A stretch of DNA of 64,000 nt from Candidatus Heimdallarchaeota archaeon (GCA_018238545.1 JABCTC010000001.1:64001-128000); one strand, 5' to 3'. Numbered from the stretch's first letter, positions 50,005 to 60,892 are shown. Program-made: numbers and translations. The notes: generated by a model from the sequence alone, not told the origin.

Positions 50005-52468
50005 ATGACCGATTTTGTTTCTGAAACACCAGAACAAATAGACCAGTTAATTAGAAAAGGCTACAGTAACAAAATATTAGAGAAAATTCAATCTGTGCTA
50101 TCTTCCAAAGAAATTTCTGGAGAAACAAGATTAGACTATCAACTACTCAAATGCCGAGTTTTAACCAAGCTTAATCAGCACATTCCTGCTCTTAACTTGC
50201 TGGAAGAAATAAATAAGGAGACATTCAAAAGTGGTAATGATATCCAACAGTTAGATTACCATATTTGTAAATCTGAAAATTTTGAAATTACAGGTAAAGT
50301 GAAGGAAGGATTAGAGATTCTTGTAGAAGCTGAAAAAATTCTAGAGAAATCTAAAAGTATAGAATCTTTTGAAATATTTCAGAGAAAAATCGATTTGTTA
50401 ATTCAAAGAGCACGAACAATAACTATATCTAAGAGATATTTTGACTATTATCAACCAGAAAGCTTCGATCAGATAGTAGATTCTTTTGATGAATGCATTA
50501 ACCTTAGTCACAAACGAAATTATGACTATGGAATAGCCATTTCCCTGGAACTCAAAGGCTGGTTTTTTTACACCCTAGGTAGACTTAAAGAAGCCTTTGA
50601 ATGTTATGAAGAAGCTCATGAAATATGGAAAAGAGATGAGAATAAAATGGGTCATGCATGTATTCTTTTTAGAAAAGGTTTTTTGCATGCTTTTGCAGGA
50701 AATTCTGATCCTGCGATTGATCTTCTTGAAGAATCTCTTCTCATCAGTGAAGAAATAGGATCAAAAAGGCTTAATGCAAGCATACATTTTGCTCTAGATG
50801 CAGCATACTATAGCAGAGGTGAGATAGATCTATCATTAAAACATATTAAGATTGCAGTTGAATTATATCGAGAATTAGGTGATAGAGTATTTATTGCTTT
50901 GTCCCTTCACAATTATGGCTTTGTCCCTTCACAATTATGCAACTAAAATTATTTATGAAGATCTGGAGTATGAAAAAGGATTGACTCTTTTGCATGAAGC
51001 TTTGTCGGATGCAAAAGAATCTGGATCAAACAGGACATTTCAAGCAATCCAAACTGGTCTAATTTCCGCTTATATATACAAGGGAGAGCTAAATAGAGCT
51101 TTAGAATTCATTAATGAGTTAATAGAATCTTTTGCTGAGATTGGAGATATTGAGGGATTAGCAATAGCTCAAATGCATAAAGGTCAAATAAATCTAAAAA
51201 AGGGAGATTTGGATGAAGCATTGGAATTTTATTCTGATGCTCTTGAAAATTTTAGAATTCTTGAGAGACCAGATGGAACAAGAGAGTCATTAACTAATAT
51301 TGGAAAAATTTTTCAAATGAAGGGGGAGTATGATAAGGCTTTATACCAGTTCTATGAATTAAATAAGCAATCCAATAATCAAAAAAACAAACTCTTTTTA
51401 GCTTTAAATTATTCCAATCTCATTTCTTGTTACCTTGATTTGGGGGACTTGGAGAAAGCTGCCAGTTATCTGCAATCGTTACAAGAAATAGATAAGGAGA
51501 CAGAAAATAAGTTAGTTAAAATTACTAATAAACTATCAACAGCTTTAGTTCTAAAAAGGAATGAAAGCGTTCAAGATAGATTGAAAGCCAAAGAATTACT
51601 AAAATATATTATCAATGAGAAAGATGTAGAATATCGAACTGTTGAAACTGCAATTTTAAACTTATGCGATCTTCTGCTTATTGAATTGAAGAAATCAGAA
51701 GACTATAAATTACTTGAAGAGCTAAAATCCCTCATAAATAAATTACAAGAAATAGGGATTAGAGAGCTTACTTATCCTTTACTTGTACAAACATATTGGT
51801 TACAATCCCAGATATCTCTGCTTGAGTTTAATGCTGAAGGAGCACAACATCTGTACACAAAAGCACAAGTAATGGCAGAAGAAAAAGAGTTGGAGCCCAT
51901 GGCTAGAAAGATTTCAGATGAACACGATTTCTTGATAGGTCAACTTGATTTATGGAAAAAGTTTACTACAAAACTTCCTTCCATTTTAGAGCTATTTGAA
52001 CTCACAAGAATAGAAGATATGTTAAGCCAAATGTTAAGAAAAGGTGTAGTTCTTCCTTCAGAAATTGAAAAAGAAGATGAACAACCTGTTTTAATCTCTA
52101 TCTTTACAGAATCTGGTGAATTATTGTTCTCTGAGAAATTATTTGATACTTTGGAAGATGATATAATTGAAAGAATTTTACCTGAGATGAAAACACAGAT
52201 AGAAGAAGAAACTGATTATAATACAGCAAGAAGAGGACGATTATATGATTATTCCTATATACTTAGAAAGATAGATAAATTATTTTTCTGTTATTATTTT
52301 GTTGGAAAATCATATTCTGCAATTCATAAAATAGAGAAATTTTCAAGAATTTTGAATGAAGCTAGTAAAATATGGGAAAGACTAGTTACTTTCAGTCAAA
52401 CTGGATCAAATCTCAACTTTGAGGAACGCAATTTTATCGCTAGTTCTATTGACAACATCTTTTTTTAA
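50005..52468 (+). pseudogene. TPR-repeat protein with C-terminal longin-like domain, split by a 22-bp tandem duplication
   Basis: TPR motifs in both ORFs; GCTTTGTCCCTTCACAATTATG at 50896-50917 and 50918-50939; C-terminal ISIFTESGELLFS. Confidence 0.8.
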
Positions 52469-52586
52469 CACAAATTAATAAATTTGGCTTCTTTCTTTTT
52501 CCATTATGATGCAAAGATCCTAGGTATTTCTTGCTTTGTAAACAATCCTTTTAAGTTACTACATTTTGTCAAATTGGTTTGAGATT

Positions 52587-54011
52587 ATGAGAATAGGTCT
52601 TACATTTGATGATGTTCTTCTTGTACCAAAAAGGTCATCTGTTTTCTCTAGGCGTGATATAGATACTTCTACACGTCTTTCCAGAAATATCAATTTACAA
52701 ATCCCAATTGTTTCTTCTAACATGGATACAGTCACAGAATCACGTATGGCTATTGTTATGGCGCAACAAGGTGGAATAGGTATTATTCATAGATTTATGA
52801 CTGTTGACGAACAAGTTTCTGAAGTTAGAAAGGTTAAACGTTCTGAAATGATAAGAATAGACAATCCTTATTGTCTTCACCTTGAACATACTTTAGCTAA
52901 TGCTAAAAAAATGATGGATGATAAGGGTATTTCAGGTATTCTTGTTACTGATGATAAGGAGAAACTTATCGGGATTCTTACCACTCGTGATATCCTTTTT
53001 GAGGAGAATGGTGATGTTAAGTTAGCTGATTTGATGTCTACTGATTTAATCACAGCTTCTCCTGATATCACAATAGAAGAAGCTCAAGACATGTTGAAGA
53101 AGAATAGGATTGAGAAACTCCCCTTAGTAGATTCAAAAGGTTATCTGAAGGGTTTGATCACTTCTAAAGACATTATAAAAAGCAAAGTTCTTCCTGATTC
53201 CTCAAAAGATGCAAAAGGTCGTTTATTGGTTGGAGCTGCTATTGGTGTTAGAGGAGAATATCTACAAAGAGCTGAAGAATTAATTAACGCAAATTGTGAT
53301 GTTCTGGTTATCGACATAGCTCATGGACACTCTGATTTGGCTATCAATACCATAAGAGAAATAAGGGAAAACTTTGGCGATGTAGAGCTCATTGCAGGCA
53401 ACGTTGCTACAAAAGATGGCACTAAAGAATTGATTGAAGCTGGTTGTGATGGTATCAAGGCAGGAGTGGGTCCCGGTTCCATCTGCATAACAAGAATCGT
53501 TACTGGAGCTGGTGTTCCTCAACTTACAACAATTATGGATTGCTCGGAAATTGCTAAAGAGTATGATGTACCAATTATCGCTGATGGAGGTGTTCAGACA
53601 AGTGGAGATCTCACAAAAGCTATCGCTGCTGGTGCTTCAACTGTAATGATAGGTGGAATGTTTGCTGGCACAGAAGAAAGTCCAGGCGCATCTGTTCTAC
53701 GTCAAGGTAGAAGGTATAAGGTTGTCCGAGGTATGGCTAGTCTAGGGGCTTCTTTAGGAAGAGAATCAAGAAAGAAAGGTTCTTTTGATGAGCTTGATTT
53801 AGGGAGCATTGTTCCAGAGGGTGTTGAAGCAATGGTACCATATAGAGGTTCGACGGTGGAAGTTCTCGAACAGTTAGTAGGTGGATTACGTAGTGGCATT
53901 AGCTATTGTGGAGCTAAGAACATCAAAGAGATGCAAAAGAATGCTGAATTCATTCAAATTACTTCAGCTGGAAGAACTGAATCAGCTTCACATGATGTAG
54001 AGAAGATATAG
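52587..54011 (+). CDS. guaB: IMP dehydrogenase
   Basis: [19 protein letters not shown] pair, [28 protein letters not shown]. Confidence 0.95.
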   Translation: MRIGLTFDDVLLVPKRSSVFSRRDIDTSTRLSRNINLQIPIVSSNMDTVTESRMAIVMAQQGGIGIIHRFMTVDEQVSEVRKVKRSEMIRIDNPYCLHLEHTLANAKKMMDDKGISGILVTDDKEKLIGILTTRDILFEENGDVKLADLMSTDLITASPDITIEEAQDMLKKNRIEKLPLVDSKGYLKGLITSKDIIKSKVLPDSSKDAKGRLLVGAAIGVRGEYLQRAEELINANCDVLVIDIAHGHSDLAINTIREIRENFGDVELIAGNVATKDGTKELIEAGCDGIKAGVGPGSICITRIVTGAGVPQLTTIMDCSEIAKEYDVPIIADGGVQTSGDLTKAIAAGASTVMIGGMFAGTEESPGASVLRQGRRYKVVRGMASLGASLGRESRKKGSFDELDLGSIVPEGVEAMVPYRGSTVEVLEQLVGGLRSGISYCGAKNIKEMQKNAEFIQITSAGRTESASHDVEKI

Positions 54012-54084
54012 CTCTTCTCCTTAATTTTTTGCTACAAATTTTTGGTGCAAATAACTTATGACATGAATTCTATCTGAATTCTTT

Positions 54085-54230
54085 AGAAGTACCTAGGTAC
54101 ATCATGGGGACGCCACGAACCCTCCTACCCCGCCCACATCTTTTTGTAAAGATGCTTACGGTTCGCTTTTGGTTTTTAAGATGTAGACTCGAGGATCACC
54201 ATAAAGTTGGTGCATATCTACAATCCTCAC
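54085..54230 (-). ncRNA. stand-alone (orphan) TnpB omega-RNA-like guide RNA
   Basis: 54105-54170 is colinear with the tnpB 3' scaffold 4967-5032 and shows compensatory changes; TTTATATA box at 54257-54250. Confidence 0.7.
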
Positions 54231-54312
54231 TGGATAATCTGTTTAACCCTATATAAATACCAAGAAAAATATACAAACAACTTATAAGTAACAACCAAAC
54301 CTTTGCACAGCA

Positions 54313-55818
54313 ATGGTGAATTATGGGGCTATTTCAGTTATCATTTTCAAAGTAAAGAACAACCAACCTTACTTTTATTTAGTTAAACGAAGTTCAAATA
54401 TGCCTATTTTTCCAGATACTTGGACACCTATTGCTGGTACTATAAATAAGGATGACCAAGAAGTCTATTCGTTCCTTTACAATAAATTGGGTAACATTAT
54501 CGATGATATGAGCTCTAGACTTACAGCTGTTAGACTTATGCTAGAACGAAATTTGCTCTCACCCTTTGAAGAAGAGCAAGCAAATAAAACTGAACAGGAT
54601 GTCTATGAAAGGATAAAGAATTTAGATTCTGATTTATTGAGTGTTTATCTTCATTCAATGATTCCCTCTGGTTTTGAAAAAATTAATAATGGAGAAAATA
54701 CTTTCAATGTTAAACAATACATTTTCATATCTTCAGGAAGTAGTATTTTTGAAAGACTAAATCTTATCAATAAATCAACTATTTACATTGATCCTAGATA
54801 TAAATTAGAAACTAAATCCAGATGGTTCTCTGCTAAACAGATAAAGAAGTTCTATGAAAAATCTAAAAAATTATTCCTTCCCTCTTTTGCTTATCTTATA
54901 CATTTGATTACTGATAAAGGAATGAAACTTATCGAAGCATCTCGTAGTCTAGTGAATATATTGGAAACTAATGAATCTGTGCACTACCAAATTCTACCTT
55001 TCATTTGGAGATATATGACTCAGGCATTAACTTTACCTCCGTTTCACACTACCAATATCTATGTTATTGGAGATAAAAGAAAATACATTATCGATCCCGG
55101 AGCAAATAGTGCATCTGATATTGTGAATCTTATAAGTTTTATTGAAGATCACATAAACGAAATTGAAGGCATCATTTTAACTAGTGCAAATGCTGATCAT
55201 TGTAATCAAGTTCTAGAACTGAAAAAAAGATACAATTTCCCAATTTACGCTTCTCATAATATAACAGGAATTATGGAAAGAGAAGGATGTGTGATTAATC
55301 ACGAATTAAAAGAAGGTGATAGAATTCAGTTAGGTCCCTACGAACCTACTGGTGAGAGCAACTGGTTTATGGAAGTTATAGATCTTCCTGGCAACTCTCT
55401 TGGATGTATTGGCTTATGGGATTCTAGAGGAATAATCTTCACTGGTTCAACACTACATAAAACACTAGTTAACACTCCTGGTCCTTACCCTAATTCCTTT
55501 GATGATTTATTTAGAAGTTTAAATAAACTGAAAAAATATCCAGCTCGTTTTGGACTTTCAGGTCATGGTAACTTAATAGCTGATGTGAATGCTTCGATAT
55601 CACTCAATCTAAAAAGAATGAAATGGTCAGAAAAATCTATTTTAAAGTATCTCAAGAAAGGTATTTCTCAGATAGATGAAATTGTTGACACGCTTATTGT
55701 TAAAGATCTACCCATGTGGAAAAGAATGACAAGAAATACCATTGTAGCTACTCTTGATAAACTGGTTCTTCAAGAAAAAGTTCTTCGAAGAGGGGATGGT
55801 TACTTACTCTCAAAGTAA
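54313..55818 (+). CDS. Nudix-like + metallo-beta-lactamase-fold + wHTH fusion (LACTB2-like), degenerate metal site
   Basis: TLPPFHTTNIY, IIDPG, TSANADH in place of THxHxDH, LSGHG. Confidence 0.7.
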   Translation: MVNYGAISVIIFKVKNNQPYFYLVKRSSNMPIFPDTWTPIAGTINKDDQEVYSFLYNKLGNIIDDMSSRLTAVRLMLERNLLSPFEEEQANKTEQDVYERIKNLDSDLLSVYLHSMIPSGFEKINNGENTFNVKQYIFISSGSSIFERLNLINKSTIYIDPRYKLETKSRWFSAKQIKKFYEKSKKLFLPSFAYLIHLITDKGMKLIEASRSLVNILETNESVHYQILPFIWRYMTQALTLPPFHTTNIYVIGDKRKYIIDPGANSASDIVNLISFIEDHINEIEGIILTSANADHCNQVLELKKRYNFPIYASHNITGIMEREGCVINHELKEGDRIQLGPYEPTGESNWFMEVIDLPGNSLGCIGLWDSRGIIFTGSTLHKTLVNTPGPYPNSFDDLFRSLNKLKKYPARFGLSGHGNLIADVNASISLNLKRMKWSEKSILKYLKKGISQIDEIVDTLIVKDLPMWKRMTRNTIVATLDKLVLQEKVLRRGDGYLLSK

Positions 55819-55876
55819 TGATTAGTTTGAAATATTCACGCTAAAACTTATATTTGCATCAAATACTACCCAAACA

Positions 55877-57325
55877 ATGAGTATTCCACTTATACTAGAA
55901 ATGTGTGATCCTAACGCTTGTAAACTAGAATGTATTGATATTTGCCCTCAGAATAAGAAAAACAAAGTTGCAATTGAGATTAAAGAAGATAAAGCACGTA
56001 TCATAAAAAAAAATTGTATTAATTGTTTGCAATGTGTTTATGCTTGTCCATTAGATGCTATAGAAACCACAATAGGTGGCAATAACAAAACAACTTCTTC
56101 AAAACTGAAAGCAGAGAAAACAAAGAAAACTAGTCGAGGAGAAGAGAAAGTTTTCACAATCGATGAAACAGTATTTGAAAGATACAGTGAAAAGAAAACT
56201 ATTTTCAATAGAAGAATCTGGGATGAGAGCTATGAAGGTTATAAAAAACCAATATATGGGAAAGCATCAGAAAGGGCAAAACTAGGGATAGACGGATACT
56301 CCGAAATAGAACAAGCTGCGATGGATGCTGCATGGTCGATAGAAAACCTTGTTTCTATGAAGGAATTTCATGAAGAACGTTCAAAAACTCTAAATTCAGA
56401 AGAAAAAAAGAAAGTTGAAGTTGCTAAAGCTAAAACAGATGTTAAACAAGTAAATTATGATGTCCAACAACCTCAGCAATACAAGGTAGAAGACCCAAGA
56501 GAAATGACTGTTTGGCTGAAAAAAATAGCAAAATTTTATGGCGCTAACCTAATAGGAATAGCAAAGCTTGATCCAAAATGGATATACTCCGAGGATAGAA
56601 TGGAGAGAGAATACATAATTCCTGAAAATTTGAAGTATGCGATAGTTATTGCAATAGAAATGGATCAAGGGGCAATAAACACTTCCCCAAAGATGCCTTC
56701 TGGTATTGCAACTGGCTTAGGATACTCAAAGATAGCTTTTGTTAGAACATTAGTATCAAAGTTTGTTAAAAATCTAGGATATGAAGCTGTTCCTGCTGGA
56801 AACACTTTAGGACTCTCTGTTCCTTTAGCAATTGAAGCAGGATTGGGTGGATATGGTCGACAAGGTTTGCTAATTACACGTGACTATGGGCCAAGAGTTA
56901 GGATATGCAAAATATTAACTGATATGCCTTTAATTGCAGATAAACCTGATTATAAATTTGCTAAATCAGTAGTTAAGTTCTGTCGTACTTGTAAAACATG
57001 CGCAGAAAGATGCCCTTCAGCTTCAATACCCTTTGATGACGATGAGAGTTACAAAACCTATAGTACCAGTAACAATCCTGGAATTAAGAAGTGGTATATT
57101 AATGTGGAAACCTGTTTTCTTTACTGGCTAGAGAATGGTGGAGATTGTTCTACTTGCATCTCTGACTGCGAATACAGCCATGTTCCCACTTTGCCTCATA
57201 AATTTGCTAATTGGATTATCATGAACTTTCCTTTTCTTAATCCTATTTGGCCATTTATAGGGAAAATGTTAGGCTATGGTGGTAATAAGTCAGCTAAGAA
57301 GTTCTGGAAGAAGATCAAAGTATAG
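55877..57325 (+). CDS. reductive dehalogenase / QueG-family cobalamin Fe-S protein with N-terminal ferredoxin
   Basis: N-terminal C..C...C...CP and CINCLQCVYACP; AIEAGLGGYGRQG, GPRVR, FCRTCKTCAERCP, CSTCISDC. Confidence 0.8.
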   Translation: MSIPLILEMCDPNACKLECIDICPQNKKNKVAIEIKEDKARIIKKNCINCLQCVYACPLDAIETTIGGNNKTTSSKLKAEKTKKTSRGEEKVFTIDETVFERYSEKKTIFNRRIWDESYEGYKKPIYGKASERAKLGIDGYSEIEQAAMDAAWSIENLVSMKEFHEERSKTLNSEEKKKVEVAKAKTDVKQVNYDVQQPQQYKVEDPREMTVWLKKIAKFYGANLIGIAKLDPKWIYSEDRMEREYIIPENLKYAIVIAIEMDQGAINTSPKMPSGIATGLGYSKIAFVRTLVSKFVKNLGYEAVPAGNTLGLSVPLAIEAGLGGYGRQGLLITRDYGPRVRICKILTDMPLIADKPDYKFAKSVVKFCRTCKTCAERCPSASIPFDDDESYKTYSTSNNPGIKKWYINVETCFLYWLENGGDCSTCISDCEYSHVPTLPHKFANWIIMNFPFLNPIWPFIGKMLGYGGNKSAKKFWKKIKV

Positions 57326-57337
57326 TTTTCCACCTTT

Positions 57338-58198
57338 TTACCCAAAGAAATCTGCAAGTTTATGTTGTCCCTTGAAGGTAGTTTTTTCTGGTATCATTAC
57401 ATTGAGGCCTCTCTTGCCTAGCATTTCTCTAAATTTACCTGCAATAGGAGGAGCGTAACCTGAAAAATGTTGGTTGATGTAAACAAATGCTGATTTTTCT
57501 GGATTATTTATTAATTCTTGAGAAAGCTCTCCGACCATCTCTTCTATTAATTCACTTCTATCTAGAACTTGTCTCCCCAAATCTGTTTGAGTCTTATGTG
57601 ATCCAATAATTCTTAGATAGAAATAATCACTCTTAATTTTCTCATATAAGTTAAGTTTGAGATATGGTAAATAAGCACTTACAATACCCAATTTCTTGTT
57701 ATTAAGAAAGTCATAGGTTTCTTGATTAAACCATGTTTTATGTCTGAATTCTAGTAGAAGTGTATAATCGTTGTGAGGAAAAAAGTTTACAAATGTTTCT
57801 AATTCTTCCATTGTTCTTGCATTTTTCTCAAAACTGGGGGCGAATTGCATGACTAGAGGACCAAGTTTATCCTTTAATGGACTCATTACATGCAAAAACG
57901 ATTTCAAACTCTCTCTGGTTGAAGCTAGACTTTCAGCTTGCGAGATTATCTTTGGCATTTTTGCTGTAAGAACAAAATCATCTGGTAGTAGTTTTTCCCA
58001 GCGTTTTGTGGTCTCTATTTTAGGATAAGCATAGAAAGTTGAATTTATTTCACAAGTGGTAAATTGTGTTGAATAATATCCAAGTAACTCATAATTTTTC
58101 ACGTCTGAAGGGTAAAAACCACCTAAATTTGCTTTCCAATCATCATAATTAAATCCAGTACAACCCACATGAATTTGCTGATTTGTCATGATATCCAC
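57338..58198 (-). CDS. DUF72 family protein
   Basis: VGCTGF, FYP, EINSTFY, LEFRHKTW. Confidence 0.85.
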   Translation of the reverse strand: MDIMTNQQIHVGCTGFNYDDWKANLGGFYPSDVKNYELLGYYSTQFTTCEINSTFYAYPKIETTKRWEKLLPDDFVLTAKMPKIISQAESLASTRESLKSFLHVMSPLKDKLGPLVMQFAPSFEKNARTMEELETFVNFFPHNDYTLLLEFRHKTWFNQETYDFLNNKKLGIVSAYLPYLKLNLYEKIKSDYFYLRIIGSHKTQTDLGRQVLDRSELIEEMVGELSQELINNPEKSAFVYINQHFSGYAPPIAGKFREMLGKRGLNVMIPEKTTFKGQHKLADFFG

Positions 58199-58309
58199 CT
58201 CAAGAAATAGTTTTTAGTTAAAAAGCCCGTCTTGTTCGCTAAAAATCTTTCTTTTTTATTGCGGAGAAAACTACTATAATCTATTTAATATATCTTGAGA
58301 ACTGTTTTC

Positions 58310-58412
58310 TGCCTTTAGGCAACCCCTTGCCCGTGAGGCTGAGTAGTGGCAGTTAGAACAATTAATTGAGTTACGCCACTAACTCTCCTCCATCCACCAG
58401 GGCATTTTTTTT
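58310..58412 (+). ncRNA. candidate ~95-nt structured small RNA or leader
   Basis: TTTAATATA box about 20 nt upstream; nested stems TGCCC/GGGCA, GAGG/CCTC, GAGTAGTGGC/GCCACTAACTC; ends in T8. Confidence 0.5.
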
Positions 58413-58521
58413 ATATTTAGATTACTGTGATTATTTATCTCTTTAACATAGCTTTTTTAGAAATTTCTCTGTGTCTATTGGGTTCAATTTAAAAAGGTTG
58501 AAACATTTCCCACGTTAAACA

Positions 58522-59844
58522 GTGGATTTTGAAATGGATACTATAGAAAAATTATCTAAACATATGCTTGTTGACGGATTTCCTTTGATACTTGACATGG
58601 AAAAAAGTCAAGGTTGTAGAATTTACGATAAAAAAAGTGATAAAACTTTTCTAGATTTCTTTTCTTTCTTTGCTTCTAACCCTGTAGGTATGAATCATCC
58701 CGAGATGGTAAGTAAAGAATTTATCAATAAGATAGGAACTATAGCAGTTAATAAGCCAAGTTGCTCCGATTTTTATACTGATGAAATGGGTGATTTTGTT
58801 GAAACTTTTAGTAGAGTAGGAATACCTGATTTCCTTCCGAACCTCTTTATGATATCAGGTGGTGCATTAGCTGTAGAAAATTCTCTAAAAGCAGCTTTTG
58901 ACTGGAAAGTGCGCAAGAATTTTGCTAAAGGAATAGATGAAGAAGTTGGATCAAAAGTTATTCATTTTGAACAAGCTTTTCACGGACGAAGTGGATACAC
59001 TCTTAGTTTAACAAACACTTTCGATCCTCGTAAAACAAAGTACTTCCCCAAATTCAAAGATTGGCCAAGAGTCATCACCCCCAAAATTACTTTTCCTCTT
59101 GAAGAAAATTTTGAATCAGTAATGCAATTAGAGGAAAAAAGTTGCCAACAAATACATGATGCAATAGAGCTATATGGAGACGATATTGCAGCTTTACTAA
59201 TCGAACCTATTCAAGCAGAAGGTGGTGATAATCATTTCCGACCACAATTCATGGAAAAATTAAGGTCAATATGCGACTCTCATGATATTATGCTTATTTA
59301 TGATGAAATACAAACTGGTGCTGGAATGACAGGTTCTTTCTGGGCTCTTGATCATTTTGGTGATAAAGCTAGACCTGATATTATATGCTTTGGAAAGAAA
59401 ATGCAAGTGTGTGGTATTCTTGCCTCCAACAAAGTTAAGGAAGTGGAAAACAATGTTTTCGAAGAATCAAGTCGAATAAACAGTACTTGGGGTGGAAATT
59501 TGGTAGACATGGTCCGTGCAACTAAGTATCTAGAAATAATTGAGAAAGATAACTTAGTAGCAAAAGCAGCGACCAATGGTAAGTATATGTTAGATTTGGT
59601 TTATGAATTCCAAACTGATTTCCCTGATTTAATATCCAACGCTCGTGGAAAAGGTTACTTTATTGCTTTTGACCTTCCTGATACTGCAACTCGTGATAAA
59701 ATTATGAAAATAGCTTATGATAAACAGCTATTGATTTTAGGTTGTGGTGAAAAATCTATCCGTTTCAGACCTTACCTTACAACAGAGCAAGCTGAAATTG
59801 ATGAAGGCATGGCTATTTTATTGGAGATTATCAAATCTCTTTAA
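58522..59844 (+). CDS. lat: L-lysine 6-transaminase (class III PLP aminotransferase)
   Basis: DFFSFFAS, GGALAVEN, FHGRSGYT, EPIQAEGGD, DEIQTG, FGKK, STWGG. Confidence 0.88.
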   Translation: MDFEMDTIEKLSKHMLVDGFPLILDMEKSQGCRIYDKKSDKTFLDFFSFFASNPVGMNHPEMVSKEFINKIGTIAVNKPSCSDFYTDEMGDFVETFSRVGIPDFLPNLFMISGGALAVENSLKAAFDWKVRKNFAKGIDEEVGSKVIHFEQAFHGRSGYTLSLTNTFDPRKTKYFPKFKDWPRVITPKITFPLEENFESVMQLEEKSCQQIHDAIELYGDDIAALLIEPIQAEGGDNHFRPQFMEKLRSICDSHDIMLIYDEIQTGAGMTGSFWALDHFGDKARPDIICFGKKMQVCGILASNKVKEVENNVFEESSRINSTWGGNLVDMVRATKYLEIIEKDNLVAKAATNGKYMLDLVYEFQTDFPDLISNARGKGYFIAFDLPDTATRDKIMKIAYDKQLLILGCGEKSIRFRPYLTTEQAEIDEGMAILLEIIKSL

Positions 59845-59983
59845 TTTCTTTTCTTCTCCATTGCGATGATTTTAAATATACATCTTTTTGTTATTTTTTA
59901 CAGCTAATGATTTAGCTTAAAAAATATGATTCATGATTAAACTTAAAATTTCATTGTGAATCTGATAAATAAGGTGGATAATA

Positions 59984-60892
59984 TTGCCTCTAGTAGAATG
60001 TGTGCCAAATTTCAGTGAAGGAAAGCGTGAAGAAGTAGTACAACAAATTGTTGATGCTATTAAAAAAGCTGGCAAGATAACTCTTCTTGACAGCCGTATG
60101 GATCCTGATCATAATAGAGCTGTAGTAACTTTCATAGGCGAACCTAATGAATGTTTGAAAGCAGCTTTTGCAGGATGTAAAAAAGCAACAGAACTCATAG
60201 ATATGAATGAACATAAGGGAGAACATAATAGGTTTGGAGCTACAGATGTAATTCCTTTCATACCCGTTTCTGATGTTTCGTTAGAAGAATGTGTTGATTT
60301 AGCACAGAAACTTGGAGAAAAATTAGCAAAGGAACTCAAGATTCCTGTATATCTTTATGGTGCTGCTGCATCCAAACCGGAAAGAGAAGTTCTTCAAAAG
60401 TTTAGAACTAAAACTTTCCAATATGAACAATTGAAAGAAGAAATAGCAACAGATGACCAGTATATTCCTGATTTTGGTGATAGAGAAACTCATCCAACTG
60501 CAGGAGCAACAATTATCGGAGCTAGAAACTTTCTTGTCGCTTACAATGTTTATCTTAATACTGATGATATGTCAATAGCTAAAACTATTGCAAAAAATAT
60601 TAGACACAGTGGTGGTGGTCTCAGATATATCCAAGCTGGAGCAATGGAGATCACTGAAAGAAAGTGTGTTCAAGTTTCAATGAATATAACTGATTATAAA
60701 GGAACACCTCTACACCGCGTTTTTGACATGGTAAAAAGAGAAGCGGAAAGATTTGGTGTAGCTGTAACAGAAAGCGAGATCTATGGAATGGTACCGATGG
60801 ATGCTTTGATTGATGCCGCAGAAAGCTACTTACAATTGAATAAATTCGATAGAGATCAAATTATAGAAAAAAAACTAGATTCTGAAGAGTGA
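59984..60892 (+). CDS. ftcD: glutamate formiminotransferase
   Basis: VECVPNFSEG, DHNR, GATDVIPF, QVSMN. Confidence 0.93.
   Translation: MPLVECVPNFSEGKREEVVQQIVDAIKKAGKITLLDSRMDPDHNRAVVTFIGEPNECLKAAFAGCKKATELIDMNEHKGEHNRFGATDVIPFIPVSDVSLEECVDLAQKLGEKLAKELKIPVYLYGAAASKPEREVLQKFRTKTFQYEQLKEEIATDDQYIPDFGDRETHPTAGATIIGARNFLVAYNVYLNTDDMSIAKTIAKNIRHSGGGLRYIQAGAMEITERKCVQVSMNITDYKGTPLHRVFDMVKREAERFGVAVTESEIYGMVPMDALIDAAESYLQLNKFDRDQIIEKKLDSEE

Noticed and set aside
58310-58412. Lysine riboswitch ahead of lat
   Set aside because: Too short and lacks the L-box consensus; kept only as an unknown RNA candidate.
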